This document shows, piece by piece, positions 1-10,194 of a DNA stretch of 64,000 nt (the stretch's first letter is position 1; each line of letters opens with the position of its first letter). The stretch is from an uncultured Candidatus Saccharibacteria bacterium (lineage in GTDB: Bacteria > Patescibacteriota > 4484-211 > JAGQKX01): assembly GCA_964392315.1 (NCBI GenBank), contig CAYMOT010000001.1, positions 137,578 to 201,577 of the forward strand, read 5' to 3'. The position numbers and the translations under genes were made by a program. A model generated the notes under the pieces. The model ran no database searches, had not been told where the DNA came from, and saw nothing but the letters and a program-made list of their open reading frames with translations.

Positions 1-894
1 GACCTAAATGAAATACAAGCCTACCTCGAAGGCTTAAGCTTTACGAGGATTAAACTTGAGCAACAATGGCGACATATAACTGGCCGAGTAACCAAAGATG
101 GCATCTCTCAGTTCTTCAAACTTTCATCCACGCCGGACATCGCGCAAAAAACACGAAACGAATACACATGGAACCAAGCGATGCATAAGGCATTGATACA
201 TACACCCATCAGTATCCCTCGTAATTACGAATCTGGGGCATTCGGTGATTTGTTTTGGTTTACGTGCGAATTTATAGAAGGCCCACCACTCGTTGAACAG
301 CGCGAATCAAATAGGGCTGAAGCAATTTTAAATTACTTAGACGCGATTTCTCAAACGCTCACCGTGATTATGAATGAACAAACAGGTCGACAATTACCAA
401 ACGACCTCGCAAAGCCAGATACTCAAAAAGAGCGTATTCAGCTATTTCTTAATAAGGTGAACCATTGGGCAGAGAATTCTGACGGCGATACAGATGAATT
501 ATACGAATTCTTGACTTCGCATGCAGATGAGCTACAAACCGCTCCATCGCATGGCGACTTCTCTCCTTGGCATCTTATAAAACAAACTGACGGACACTTA
601 TTTCTTATAGATGGTGAACACGGACAAATAACCGGCGTTAAGTTTTATGACGCTGCATATTTTTACCACAGGATTTTCACTGGACTTATGCGGCCAGATA
701 TCGCTGATAGGTTTCTACAAACGTTCTTCAAGACATATTCAGCTGACGAGGACGATTTGCGTTGTTTTAGGGCAATACTTGCACAACGGGTAATTGGAGG
801 GTATTTTGATGCGAAAAATGACGGTCAGACGGACTTAAAATTGCATGACGAACTTAGAAATAGGATAGTATCCAATTCGCTTCTAAAGAGCTAG
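1..894 (+). CDS. Phosphotransferase (APH/choline-kinase-like) family protein, 5'-truncated by the window edge
   Basis: The frame is open from position 1 with no stop before the ATG at 181. The HGD motif (SHGDFSPWHL) and DG motif (LIDGEHG) are typical of aminoglycoside/choline kinase-type phosphotransferases. Confidence 0.6.
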   Translation, partial: DLNEIQAYLEGLSFTRIKLEQQWRHITGRVTKDGISQFFKLSSTPDIAQKTRNEYTWNQAMHKALIHTPISIPRNYESGAFGDLFWFTCEFIEGPPLVEQRESNRAEAILNYLDAISQTLTVIMNEQTGRQLPNDLAKPDTQKERIQLFLNKVNHWAENSDGDTDELYEFLTSHADELQTAPSHGDFSPWHLIKQTDGHLFLIDGEHGQITGVKFYDAAYFYHRIFTGLMRPDIADRFLQTFFKTYSADEDDLRCFRAILAQRVIGGYFDAKNDGQTDLKLHDELRNRIVSNSLLKS

Positions 895-970
895 TCTAAA
901 ACTCCAACGTTTCACTAATCGCTAGATTTTTTCTAGTACTTACATGGTGTCGAGGGAAACTTGGTGATTT

Positions 971-1792
971 TTGCAAAAAATAGACAACCGCTTGTCCCAG
1001 GACTATAATCATCATATGGCCCCTACCGAGAAACAGGATAGTAGAGAAACTGGCGTTTTAGAACCTCAACCCAATCATACCGTTAGTTCCCAAGCTGATA
1101 TATCAAAAAAAAGAATGGTGTTGACTCTAATAACAGTGATCATTTTACTGCTTGGTGTAATTTTTTATCTGCTTTATCAAGATACAAAGCAAAATCTTTC
1201 AACAAACACTCCTCCACCAACGCCTACGATGACTACTTCTCCTACAAGTACTCCAACCGTTGAACCTACTCAGCTTACTGTACAAAGTTTTAAATATGGG
1301 AGCTTTAGTTTTAAGTATCCAAATGATTGGGAGTTTATGGACAAAAGAACGGAAGAAGACTTTCCTTTGCGTAATAGACTGTTTGATGCATCCGAGGCTA
1401 CAATCGCCCTAGTCAAAAACGGCACTTATCTAATTATCGACATTGATGAAAATTCAGATCAGTCAGCACAAGGAATATTTATAAACGAAGAGGACTATAG
1501 TAGTTACATAGCAAACAAAGACGTCCTGTTGATAGAAGATGCAACCTACTACCTTGATAAGGATCATGATAGCATCCCTGATATACAGAATGCGCATGTC
1601 GGCCCATTCACAAGTTTAGCGGAATTTATCCCACAATACCAAACACCAACAGGCACGTACAAAGGCTATGCTGAGTTTATTAAAAAAGACGAGGATAGTT
1701 ATATATTTTTAATTACAAGTAACTCAGGTGGTGTTACCGATAGACAACTGCAAGAAGAGATAATTGCCATCTTGGAATCCATCACTTGGTAG
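971..1792 (+). CDS. Hypothetical membrane-anchored protein with a single N-terminal TM helix followed by a Pro/Thr-rich linker
   Basis: 273-aa ORF. Hydrophobic segment MVLTLITVIILLLGVIFYLLY followed by TPPPTPTMTTSPTSTPT and then a globular region. No family recognised. Confidence 0.45.
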   Translation: MQKIDNRLSQDYNHHMAPTEKQDSRETGVLEPQPNHTVSSQADISKKRMVLTLITVIILLLGVIFYLLYQDTKQNLSTNTPPPTPTMTTSPTSTPTVEPTQLTVQSFKYGSFSFKYPNDWEFMDKRTEEDFPLRNRLFDASEATIALVKNGTYLIIDIDENSDQSAQGIFINEEDYSSYIANKDVLLIEDATYYLDKDHDSIPDIQNAHVGPFTSLAEFIPQYQTPTGTYKGYAEFIKKDEDSYIFLITSNSGGVTDRQLQEEIIAILESITW

Positions 1793-1988
1793 CTATCCCT
1801 CCTTTTTTCTACTGCTCTTTGATTAAACTCTAGGTATAAACCCATGCAAATATACAGATTCTTCTTCCAGAATTCCTAAACTCTCTGGAAACTAAGGTTA
1901 CGGCCATATTTAAGTCAAGACTGCTAACACCCGACCACCCTATCAACATATTGACAAACGATAAATATATACTAAAATACGATATAAC

Positions 1989-2465
1989 ATGAAGCAACCT
2001 TCGACATTATTTTTAAAGATAGTACTCGTGCTTATCGCGATTGTCACACTTGCCGGCATGCTTTGGTTCCCTCAAATAGAAGGAAGGGCGGCTAACTTAG
2101 ATCTTATCAGTATTTATAGCAATCCATTTATTATCTATCTGTATATAGCTTCAACTCCAATTTTTATTGGTTTATACCAGGCTTTAACATTATTAAACCT
2201 TATTGATGCCAATAAAGCCTTTTCACAACAAGCGGTTAACACACTCAAAAATATGAAATTTGCCGCTCTTAGTCTTATTGGTTTTATTGCAGTAGCACTG
2301 ATCTACATTCGTCTCTTTGCCCAAGGGGATGATCCAGCCGGTCCCACAGTACTCGGTATTTCTATGATATTCGCGTTCGGGATAATTGCCACAGCTGCAG
2401 GACTCTTCCAAAAGCTCCTTCAAAACGCTGTTGACATTAAGTCCGAAAACGACCTAACGGTTTAA
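1989..2465 (+). CDS. DUF2975-like small membrane protein
   Basis: Four predicted TM segments. Lies immediately upstream of a YozG-type HTH regulator, which is the classic DUF2975/XRE pairing. Confidence 0.5.
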   Translation: MKQPSTLFLKIVLVLIAIVTLAGMLWFPQIEGRAANLDLISIYSNPFIIYLYIASTPIFIGLYQALTLLNLIDANKAFSQQAVNTLKNMKFAALSLIGFIAVALIYIRLFAQGDDPAGPTVLGISMIFAFGIIATAAGLFQKLLQNAVDIKSENDLTV

Positions 2466-2471
2466 ATTCCT

Positions 2472-2678
2472 ATGCCAATAATTATTAACATAGACGTTAT
2501 GCTCGCAAAACGAAAAATGTCTGTTACCGAGCTTGCCGAAAAGGTAGGTATTACGATGGCCAATATTTCTATACTAAAAAATGGCAAAGCAAAGGCAGTC
2601 AGGTTTTCAACATTAGAAGCAATTTGCAAGGCATTGGATTGCCAGCCTGGGGATATATTGGAATATAAACCAAATTAA
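2472..2678 (+). CDS. XRE-family helix-turn-helix transcriptional regulator (YozG-like)
   Basis: 68 aa. Contains the HTH signature SVTELAEKVGITMANISILKNGKAKAVRFSTLEAICKALDCQPGDIL. The start is 7 bp after the upstream gene. Confidence 0.75.
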   Translation: MPIIINIDVMLAKRKMSVTELAEKVGITMANISILKNGKAKAVRFSTLEAICKALDCQPGDILEYKPN

Positions 2679-2691
2679 TAAGGATTCATGT

Positions 2692-3183
2692 ATGATCACA
2701 CAATTTTTTACGAAGAACAAAGACATACTCAGTGTGCTTGCCGCAACTACGGCTATCTTGCTGATTCCATTTATTGCAATGCAATACACCACTGAAGTGA
2801 ACTGGTCACGGGGCGACTTCCTCATGGCAGGTGTCGCACTTTGCAGCACTGGACTATTGTTTGTATCAGTATATCGATTCGTCTCAAATTCAATGTATCG
2901 TCTTGCAGCCGGTATTACACTTTTTGCATCGCTACTGCTAATCTGGATAAATGGAGCAGTCGGGATTATCGGCGATGGCCCAATCAATCTTTTATACCTC
3001 ACGGTACTTGGTATTGAATTCCTCGGTGCGTGTTTGGTAGGTTTTAAGGCCCGTGGCTTGGCAAAAGTATCCTACACCGCCGCTATCATGACATTCCTCA
3101 TCCCAATCCTGGCGTTAATAATAAAAGAGCCCGACTTTTCTCCCGGAGTCTTACAGGTATTTTTTATCAATGCCTTTTTGTGA
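2692..3183 (+). CDS. Hypothetical polytopic membrane protein
   Basis: 163-aa ORF with 4-5 hydrophobic helices. Starts 14 bp after the HTH gene, so it is probably in the same operon. Confidence 0.4.
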   Translation: MITQFFTKNKDILSVLAATTAILLIPFIAMQYTTEVNWSRGDFLMAGVALCSTGLLFVSVYRFVSNSMYRLAAGITLFASLLLIWINGAVGIIGDGPINLLYLTVLGIEFLGACLVGFKARGLAKVSYTAAIMTFLIPILALIIKEPDFSPGVLQVFFINAFL

Positions 3184-3318
3184 TGTTGTTTGTGGGTTCG
3201 GGGGTATTATTCCAACACGCGGATACCAATCGCACAGACAACTAGTACGTTCACACAAAGATAACTCCTTACTCATTATCTACCATTTCCTTATCTGCCG
3301 GCGTATAGTACGAGGTGT

Positions 3319-4809
3319 ATGACGATTCTGAAAAATAAAAAAAGTGTACTTATAATCGGTGCAGGTATTGGTGGACTTGCAACCGCGATTCACCTTGCCC
3401 GAGCCGGTATGGATGTGGCTATCTACGAAAAAAATGCGGCACCAGGAGGTAGATGCCAAAAATTAGTGAGAGACGGTCATATATTTGACCTCGGTCCAAC
3501 CATGTATTTATTCCCAGAAATATATACTAAATTCTTTGCATCGATCGGGGAGGATATTGGTTCTTGGCTGACCCTCATTCGTACCAACCCAACGTATTCT
3601 CTTTACTTCTCCGACAATAGTCGCCTGACTCTATCGCAAAACCATGAATATATGCGTGAACAGCTCGAAAAGATTGAACCTGGTAGCTACAAGAAATTTC
3701 TTGCATACATTAAGAATGGCAAGAAATTCTACGATATTGCCGTCAATAAAATCTCCACCAATGCACTTACCTCTCCGTTTGACTATTTCAACATATCGAA
3801 CATATGGAATATTTTGAAAACCCGCTCACTACTACCCCATTATGCATATGTATCACGCTATTTTAGATCTGAAAAATTGCGAATCGCGTTCACTTTTCAA
3901 GATTCGTATCTTAGCCTTCATCCTTTTAAAACGCAAGCTATGTATTCGCTCTTTTCATACAGCGAGTTTGAACAAGGTAATTTCTTACTCAAAGGAGGCA
4001 TGTACGCTATAGTTGACGCTCTCGTTCAGATTGCACAGAAGAACGGAGTTAAAATTTTCTTCAACTGCTCGGTCAAAAAAATTATCACTGAAGACAACTA
4101 TGTTACCGGAGTACTATTGGAGAACGATGACCGCATTGACGGTGACTATGTCGTTTCAAACGCTGATCTTTCGTATACCTATGAAAACCTATTACCCTAT
4201 GATCCCTATGCGAATGACTTAAAAGCGAAGAAATATTCGAACTCTGCCATAGTGTTTCATTGGGCGTTATCAAAACAATACACCCAACTGGAAACACACA
4301 ACCTCTTTTTCAGTGAATCATATAAAACGGGGTTCGATGAAGTATTAAAACAATCAATACCACCAGAGGAGCCGCATTTTTATATTCAAACACCGTCAAG
4401 AACTGATCCCACACGAGCACCAGTAGGGAACGATACACTGACGGTTATTACACCTATTAATCATATCGATCCAAACTATCCCATAAATTGGGAAGAATAT
4501 CGAGATAGACTACGGTTATTTATTACCAAAAGGCTCTCGGGGGTGGGGATGACTGAAATGCAAAAAAACGTCAAGTTCGAGGTGAGTTACTTACCGACTG
4601 ATTGGCAAAACTACCTTAACCTACATAATGGCGCAATTTACGGACTCGACCACAACCTCCTGCAGCTTGGATATTTACGACCAAAACGTCACCATACTAC
4701 CTATAAAAACATGTTCTTTGTCGGAGCGAGCAACCACCCCGGAAGCGGCATACCAACTGTTTTGCTCTCGTCTCAATTCACATCCAAAGCTATACTGGAC
4801 AGGGTTTGA
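3319..4809 (+). CDS. Phytoene desaturase (CrtI) family FAD-dependent oxidoreductase
   Basis: N-terminal Rossmann GxGxxG motif (VLIIGAGIGGLATAIHLARAGMDVAIYEKNAAPGGRC). Length of 496 aa and overall pattern match the CrtI/amine-oxidase family. Confidence 0.8.
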   Translation: MTILKNKKSVLIIGAGIGGLATAIHLARAGMDVAIYEKNAAPGGRCQKLVRDGHIFDLGPTMYLFPEIYTKFFASIGEDIGSWLTLIRTNPTYSLYFSDNSRLTLSQNHEYMREQLEKIEPGSYKKFLAYIKNGKKFYDIAVNKISTNALTSPFDYFNISNIWNILKTRSLLPHYAYVSRYFRSEKLRIAFTFQDSYLSLHPFKTQAMYSLFSYSEFEQGNFLLKGGMYAIVDALVQIAQKNGVKIFFNCSVKKIITEDNYVTGVLLENDDRIDGDYVVSNADLSYTYENLLPYDPYANDLKAKKYSNSAIVFHWALSKQYTQLETHNLFFSESYKTGFDEVLKQSIPPEEPHFYIQTPSRTDPTRAPVGNDTLTVITPINHIDPNYPINWEEYRDRLRLFITKRLSGVGMTEMQKNVKFEVSYLPTDWQNYLNLHNGAIYGLDHNLLQLGYLRPKRHHTTYKNMFFVGASNHPGSGIPTVLLSSQFTSKAILDRV

Positions 4810-4866
4810 GACACAGAACTCTTTTTTTCATGGAATCTGCTAACTCGTGAAGAACAATACCTGAGC

Positions 4867-5640
4867 CTATAGATATTGTTTGCGGAGGACTAAATAAGCA
4901 TTGGCCAAAACAAGTAGAGCAATACTGACTAATGTCATTGAAACAACCGAAGGATACGCATAACCAAACCCTGTGGTTGAAGTGTGCTTGAGCCAAATGC
5001 CAAAGTACGCCCACACGGGCACCAAGCCATACGCAATGCTTTTATCCTTAAACATACGGACGGCTGCGATTGCCACTCCAACTAATAGAACTACTATCAT
5101 CCACACATCATCTCCAATTCCGAATCCATTCCACTTCAGGTCGACCAAGAGTGCCGTGATATTCGCGATCGTCGCCACCGTAATCCAGCCAAAATATACT
5201 CCGAAGGGAAGCTTGATTAATAACTTTTCTTTCATTGTAAGAGTATGCATATTAAGAACGTCGGCAATTTTAATAAGTACAACAAGTAGCCCTACCATTA
5301 AAAGCACCGTAAGCCAGATTTGTTGATAATGCCACGCGAAAATCCATACACTGTTTATGACAGAGCTTGCAATGAATAGTATATTTACCCGATGAGTCAG
5401 TTGGGCATCTAACTGATTTGACACAAGCTGAGATACCGAATACAACCCCAGTAATAGGTATATGAGTCCCCAAATGGAAAAGGTGATAGGCGCCGGCGCA
5501 AACAAGTTCGGATACGAATCAGAAACAGCGCCAGTCGTTATGCCATTTATAGGAAGAATGTTGGCCAGTGCATTAACGGCAACCATTACAATGAACATAC
5601 CTAATGCCACTACTTTTATGAGCTGATCGTTTTGCAACAT
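4867..5640 (-). CDS. Hypothetical integral membrane protein (about 7 TM, Trp-rich)
   Basis: 257-aa ORF, convergent with the CrtI-family gene. Strongly hydrophobic. Family not assigned. Confidence 0.45.
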   Translation of the reverse strand: MLQNDQLIKVVALGMFIVMVAVNALANILPINGITTGAVSDSYPNLFAPAPITFSIWGLIYLLLGLYSVSQLVSNQLDAQLTHRVNILFIASSVINSVWIFAWHYQQIWLTVLLMVGLLVVLIKIADVLNMHTLTMKEKLLIKLPFGVYFGWITVATIANITALLVDLKWNGFGIGDDVWMIVVLLVGVAIAAVRMFKDKSIAYGLVPVWAYFGIWLKHTSTTGFGYAYPSVVSMTLVSIALLVLANAYLVLRKQYL

Positions 5641-5661
5641 CTATATTAATGATAGCACTCT

Positions 5662-5997
5662 ATGCAAAAATTACTTTATAATACAAACATGCCAAGCAAA
5701 ATCTCAGGCGGGACCGTACACAACATGCCGTCAGATTTACGAGAAGCACTCTCATCATCTCCACCTGCGCTCACAGCATGGGAAAGTCTTACTCCACTCG
5801 CCCGCAATGAATGGATTTGCTGGAATACATTTGTCAAACAAGCCAAAACACGAGAAGACCATATCAGACGAACAATTGTAGAACTTCAGGAAGGGAAACG
5901 CCGACCGTGTTGTTGGCTCGGGTGCATCCACCGGGCTGACAAAAAAATAAGCCCGTCAGTAAAAGGGATTCTAGAAAAGAAATCTAAGTCTAAATAA
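5662..5997 (+). CDS. YdeI/OmpD-associated family protein (putative)
   Basis: 111 aa. The C-terminal pattern WICWNTFVKQAKTREDHIRRTIVELQEGKRR resembles the YdeI family. Confidence 0.45.
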   Translation: MQKLLYNTNMPSKISGGTVHNMPSDLREALSSSPPALTAWESLTPLARNEWICWNTFVKQAKTREDHIRRTIVELQEGKRRPCCWLGCIHRADKKISPSVKGILEKKSKSK

Positions 5998-6010
5998 CAA
6001 AATTTTAACC

Positions 6011-6433
6011 TTATTCTTTCCGCAGGATCTTTTCCATCACTTTGCCTTTTGCTAATTCATCGATGAGCTTATCCAGATAGCGAACATTCTGCACAATAGG
6101 ATCTTTGATACCTTCTACACGAATACCGCAGATTACGCCTTTGATCAAAGTTCGAGCTGGATTAAGTTTGGGAGCTTCGTTAAAGAAAGTTTCAAAGCTT
6201 ACTTGTTTTCCTAATTGTTGTTCAAACTCACCCTGATCATACCCGGTCAGCCACCGAATAATCTCGTCAACTTCATCTTTGGTGCGCCCTTTCCGCTCTG
6301 CTTTTGTAATGTACAGAGGATACACACGAGCAACACTCATTGTATAAATTCGCTGTTTGGACTTTTCGTCTTGCTTCACAAGTTCGATTTTAGCATGGTG
6401 TATGCATTTATGTGATTTCACGATGACCATCAA
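6011..6433 (-). CDS. DUF2200 family protein
   Basis: 140 aa. The motif [37 protein letters not shown] is characteristic of DUF2200. Confidence 0.55.
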   Translation of the reverse strand: MMVIVKSHKCIHHAKIELVKQDEKSKQRIYTMSVARVYPLYITKAERKGRTKDEVDEIIRWLTGYDQGEFEQQLGKQVSFETFFNEAPKLNPARTLIKGVICGIRVEGIKDPIVQNVRYLDKLIDELAKGKVMEKILRKE

Positions 6434-6448
6434 TTTGCAGGTGATACA

Positions 6449-7519
6449 ATGTCGTTAATGAAAGCTCAATCATTTGCCGCACCATCTGCCAAAGAACCTC
6501 TCAGGTATTACGAATTTGATAGACGCGAACCACAACCGACAGATGTAGAGATCGATATTCATTATTGTGGCGTTTGCCACAGCGATATCCATACCGCACA
6601 GGGTGATTGGGGAGAAGTCGAATATCCTTGTGTACCGGGACACGAGATTGTCGGTATGGTGACTCGTGTCGGTACTGCAGTAAAAGACTTTCGGGCTGGT
6701 GATCGGGTAGGCGTCGGTTGTATGGTGAATAGTTGCGGTGAATGCGAGGCATGCAAAAAAGGATTTGAGAATAGTTGCTTCAAAGAAACAATTTGGACGT
6801 ACAGTTCGCTAGATCCCGTTGACGGGACTGATACCAAAGGCGGCTATTCTAGCTTGATAGTAGTACCCGAGCATTTTGTACTACATCTTCCCGATTCCTT
6901 AGAGTTGTCAGTCGCTGCGCCACTGTTGTGTGCAGGGATCACAACGTATTCACCACTTCGTCACTGGGATGTCGGAACCGGAACAAAAGTTGGAATTATA
7001 GGACTTGGTGGGTTGGGGCACATGGGAGTCAAATACGCCAAGGCAATGGGTGCAGAAGTCTGGGTCATCACATCGTCTGAGAGTAAAACAGCAGTTGCGA
7101 AATCATACGGTGCAGACGGCGTGATAGTTTCGAGTTCTGAGAATGATATGGAAAACGCCTCCCATAACTTCGACTTTCTGCTCGATACAATTCCCCACGG
7201 GCATGATCTTACACCGTATCTGAAGTTGCTTAACGTTCATGGTACTATCTGTCTGGTTGGACCAATCGAACCCATGCCGGGGTTTCATTCAGGGGATATT
7301 ATTAACGGACAGAAATCAATTGCAGGTTCCGGTATCGGAGGCATTAAGGAGACTCAAGAAATGCTTGAATACAGCGCTGAACATAATGTATTACCCGACA
7401 TTGAAATCATCAACATACAAGAAATTAACAAGGCGTGGGACTCACTCATTAATAAAAAGATGGCAAAGCGGTATGTGATCGATATGAAAAAGTCATTTCC
7501 CGCCCCTCCTATCGATTAA
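6449..7519 (+). CDS. NADP-dependent zinc-type alcohol dehydrogenase (cinnamyl-ADH / YahK-like)
   Basis: Zinc-binding motifs GVCHSDIH and [10 protein letters not shown], a structural zinc Cys cluster CGECEAC, and the Rossmann motif [10 protein letters not shown]. Confidence 0.85.
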   Translation: MSLMKAQSFAAPSAKEPLRYYEFDRREPQPTDVEIDIHYCGVCHSDIHTAQGDWGEVEYPCVPGHEIVGMVTRVGTAVKDFRAGDRVGVGCMVNSCGECEACKKGFENSCFKETIWTYSSLDPVDGTDTKGGYSSLIVVPEHFVLHLPDSLELSVAAPLLCAGITTYSPLRHWDVGTGTKVGIIGLGGLGHMGVKYAKAMGAEVWVITSSESKTAVAKSYGADGVIVSSSENDMENASHNFDFLLDTIPHGHDLTPYLKLLNVHGTICLVGPIEPMPGFHSGDIINGQKSIAGSGIGGIKETQEMLEYSAEHNVLPDIEIINIQEINKAWDSLINKKMAKRYVIDMKKSFPAPPID

Positions 7520-7602
7520 ATTATAACCACCAACACATTCTAATTAATCTAAACGGTATTCATTGATTTAAAACAGTGAAGGGAGGTCGTTTTCTGAATT
7601 GT

Positions 7603-8118
7603 CTAGGAGGACCATTCGCCGGCTTTTCTAATTGCTTCAAGGTCAAGTTTTTTCATTGGCATAAAGGCAGCTGTTACCGCTTCAGCTTTTTGTGGGTCTC
7701 TCATCATTTCATCCAAAATCCGTGGGACTACTTGCCACGTAACACCGAATTTGTCGGTACACCAGCCGCATTGTTCAGCTTCTGGAACTGCAGATAGTTT
7801 CTCCCAGAAGTAATCAATTTCTTCTTGTGTTTCGCACTCAATAATAAAAGAGGTGGATCCGTTAAGTTTATATTGTTCAAGAGGACCGCCATTGAGAGCC
7901 ATGAAGCTGATCCCGTCAAGCTCGCATTCAGCTGTCATAACGTAACCTCCTGGTTTGCCGGCAACTTCTTCAAATTCAGGTGATGTAGGTGCTTTTGTGA
8001 TATCTCCACGTTTTGCTTCGTGGTTTCCGGGAGCTGAATTAAACGTATCTATGTAGTAATTTACTGCCTCTTCACCATCATTGTTAACAAACCAGATGCA
8101 GGTAATTAGTTTACTCAT
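7603..8118 (-). CDS. VOC/PhnB-like protein (3-demethylubiquinone-9 3-methyltransferase-like domain)
   Basis: 171 aa. N-terminal KLITCIWFVNNDGEEAVNYYIDTF and C-terminal CGWCTDKFGVTWQVVP are typical of the PhnB/YjdN glyoxalase-like family. Confidence 0.65.
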   Translation of the reverse strand: MSKLITCIWFVNNDGEEAVNYYIDTFNSAPGNHEAKRGDITKAPTSPEFEEVAGKPGGYVMTAECELDGISFMALNGGPLEQYKLNGSTSFIIECETQEEIDYFWEKLSAVPEAEQCGWCTDKFGVTWQVVPRILDEMMRDPQKAEAVTAAFMPMKKLDLEAIRKAGEWSS

Positions 8119-8202
8119 TTTTCCATCCTAACATGCTAGAGATACTTTTATGTATTAGTCTTGTAAGAATACGAATCTTGGCCATGAGGTTATTATTTAA
8201 AG

Positions 8203-8277
8203 TGGCTCCGCGGGGTGGACTCGAACCACCAACCTAACGGTTAACAGCCGTTTGCTCTGCCATTGAGCTACCGCGGA
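8203..8277 (-). tRNA. tRNA-Asn (anticodon GTT)
   Basis: The reverse complement folds by hand as a 75-nt cloverleaf: acceptor TCCGCGG/CCGCGGA, D stem GCTC/GAGC, anticodon stem AACGG/CCGTT with loop CTGTTAA, T arm GGTGG-TTCGAGT-CCACC, and an encoded CCA. Confidence 0.85.
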
Positions 8278-8353
8278 ATATGTGGCTGCAGGTATTGTAT
8301 TGAATTTAAGCCTAAGTTGCAAGGATTCAACGTGGCTTTGGTATTATCAAGAA

Positions 8354-8869
8354 ATGAAAATTAAAGATATGCTGGCAGGCGGTAACCCCAGAACCCTCAA
8401 AGGAGTTGAAGACGTCATTGCCAAAGTTACCAAAACCCCTGAATTGCTCGATGAATTGTTTACCTGCCTTTTTGTTGATGACGAAATTGTCAGGTTGCGC
8501 GCATCCGACGCGTTAGAAAAAATCTGCGTAATGTACCCCGATTGGTTTGTAAAATACGTCCCACATTTACTCAATAAAGTCTCCAAAATCCGCCAACCAT
8601 CGGTCCAATGGCACCTTGCACAAATGCTCGCAGTAATCCCACTTACCAAATTCCAACAACTTAAGGCGATCGATATATTGGTGTCGAATTTGGAAACTAT
8701 GGATGATTGGATAGTCACCAACCTTACATTAGAATCACTTGCCCATTTCACCAGGATTGGTATATTCGACGTAAACAAAATGGTCGAAATTTTAAATAAA
8801 TATGAATACGATAAACACAAGTCAGTTGTATCTCGTACCAAAAAAATCAAGAGAGAATTTATGCGCTAA
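8354..8869 (+). CDS. Hypothetical alpha-helical (HEAT/armadillo-like) protein, possibly related to the DNA-alkylation-repair fold
   Basis: The track ORF starts at 8282, which abuts the tRNA. The first in-frame ATG at 8354 (MKIKDMLAGG) is preferred. The protein is helical and repeat-like. The family assignment is weak. Confidence 0.4.
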   Translation: MKIKDMLAGGNPRTLKGVEDVIAKVTKTPELLDELFTCLFVDDEIVRLRASDALEKICVMYPDWFVKYVPHLLNKVSKIRQPSVQWHLAQMLAVIPLTKFQQLKAIDILVSNLETMDDWIVTNLTLESLAHFTRIGIFDVNKMVEILNKYEYDKHKSVVSRTKKIKREFMR

Positions 8870-8935
8870 TGTACTTAATTTGACACTCCTCCCACCTCAT
8901 AGTATAGTTCATGTATCCATCCTGCCCAAAACAAT

Positions 8936-9520
8936 ATGGCAAAAATCCTAGCCGCTATCTTTGCTGCATTAATGAAAATTATTTCTCCGGAACCTGCACT
9001 GCAGGAAGATATAGCATTACCTATCGTTCCCACTATTATCCAAACCGAGTCTGTACCAGGTGCCGCCCGTCTCACTACCACAGATACTATTCAAGTGCCT
9101 GCAGAAAAGAACCACTCCGTAGTACCGACACTCCCTCCTACCCCGCTACCTACCAAAATGGCAGAGAGAACGTATGTCGAGAAAGAACCAAAAATTAGTG
9201 ACGAAGGATATATTGTGATGATCAAGGAAAGAGAAGAACAGGAGCACAAAGAGGTTCCCTGCTTGGGTTGTAAGCAATATATCAGTCCAATTCCTATGCC
9301 TACGCGCATAATAACCCCAACCTACACACCAAGGCCAACACACGAAATCAAACCTACACCTACCTATTATCCAACTCCGTTTCCTACGCGTTTCATAACT
9401 CCAATATACGAATGGCCGGAACCAACACCATGCCCATCGGTCTCACCACATCTAGACAAATTGCCTGAAGGCACACAAATCAACCCAATCTACACCGAGC
9501 CCATCTATTGCCTGGACTAG
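8936..9520 (+). CDS. Hypothetical Pro/Thr-rich secreted or surface protein
   Basis: 194 aa with a hydrophobic N-terminus and low-complexity repeats PTPTYYPTPFPTRFITPIYEWPEPTP. Confidence 0.4.
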   Translation: MAKILAAIFAALMKIISPEPALQEDIALPIVPTIIQTESVPGAARLTTTDTIQVPAEKNHSVVPTLPPTPLPTKMAERTYVEKEPKISDEGYIVMIKEREEQEHKEVPCLGCKQYISPIPMPTRIITPTYTPRPTHEIKPTPTYYPTPFPTRFITPIYEWPEPTPCPSVSPHLDKLPEGTQINPIYTEPIYCLD

Positions 9521-9537
9521 TAATTTATTTAGATTAG

Positions 9538-10125
9538 CTATTCGGTAGGAATGAATTTGATGCTCGTGAACGAAAACGCTGCATAAGTTGACTGTTCTTT
9601 GGTCACACTCACCATATTATCTCCTTCCAAAATCGTTGCTGTGCCAACTTTTTGCCATACCATGCCCTGCGTATCTTCCGACTTGTGTTGGTATAACAAT
9701 TTGCTGGTATTGTTCACAAAAATTGTCACATTTCGATCCCCATCTTGAAACGTACCGTCATCACTCGTGTATATCCAAAGTTCATATTGTCCTGCTGTTT
9801 CTGAGGTGAAGGGAATTGTTACCTTTGCTCCTTCAACGGCAAGATATGCTTCAAAGCCACGTGAGGTTTCTGCTAGATAGGTCATACCTTCACCGTTCAC
9901 CCCAAAGTCGTTTATAATCCCATCTTGTGCTTGAATAAGTATTGTACCCGGAATGTCGGTTGGTGACCCTTGCGTAGATGTTTCTGGCTCCAGGATTGCC
10001 TCTTGCTCAAGCGATGAGTTTGCAGGCGTCTTTATCAACGTATACGCCATGATCCCCACAACGACCACAATCAACAATCCTACCGCCAATTCAATCATAG
10101 TAAAACCTCGTTCTCGCATATTCAA
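9538..10125 (-). CDS. Type IV pilin / pseudopilin-like protein with prepilin N-terminal cleavage/methylation motif
   Basis: The N-terminus MNMRERGFTMIELAVGLLIVVVVGIMAY has G|FTMIE with Glu at +5, which is the class III signal-peptide motif. Confidence 0.7.
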   Translation of the reverse strand: MNMRERGFTMIELAVGLLIVVVVGIMAYTLIKTPANSSLEQEAILEPETSTQGSPTDIPGTILIQAQDGIINDFGVNGEGMTYLAETSRGFEAYLAVEGAKVTIPFTSETAGQYELWIYTSDDGTFQDGDRNVTIFVNNTSKLLYQHKSEDTQGMVWQKVGTATILEGDNMVSVTKEQSTYAAFSFTSIKFIPTE

Positions 10126-10194
10126 ATCGTACGCTTCGATAATGACATTCGCAACAAAGAGAAGGCGCCCGGCAATGCCGCGCGCCTTTCTTGG

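Noticed and set aside
4867-5640. Assignment of the Trp-rich membrane protein as TspO/MBR
   Set aside because: I could not match the TspO signature region (such as LxKPSWxPP) from memory, and the length (257 aa) exceeds a typical bacterial TspO. Left as an unassigned membrane protein.
8282-8353. ORF start at 8282, directly abutting tRNA-Asn
   Set aside because: A start 5 bp after a tRNA gene with no RBS is implausible. The in-frame ATG at 8354 is used instead.
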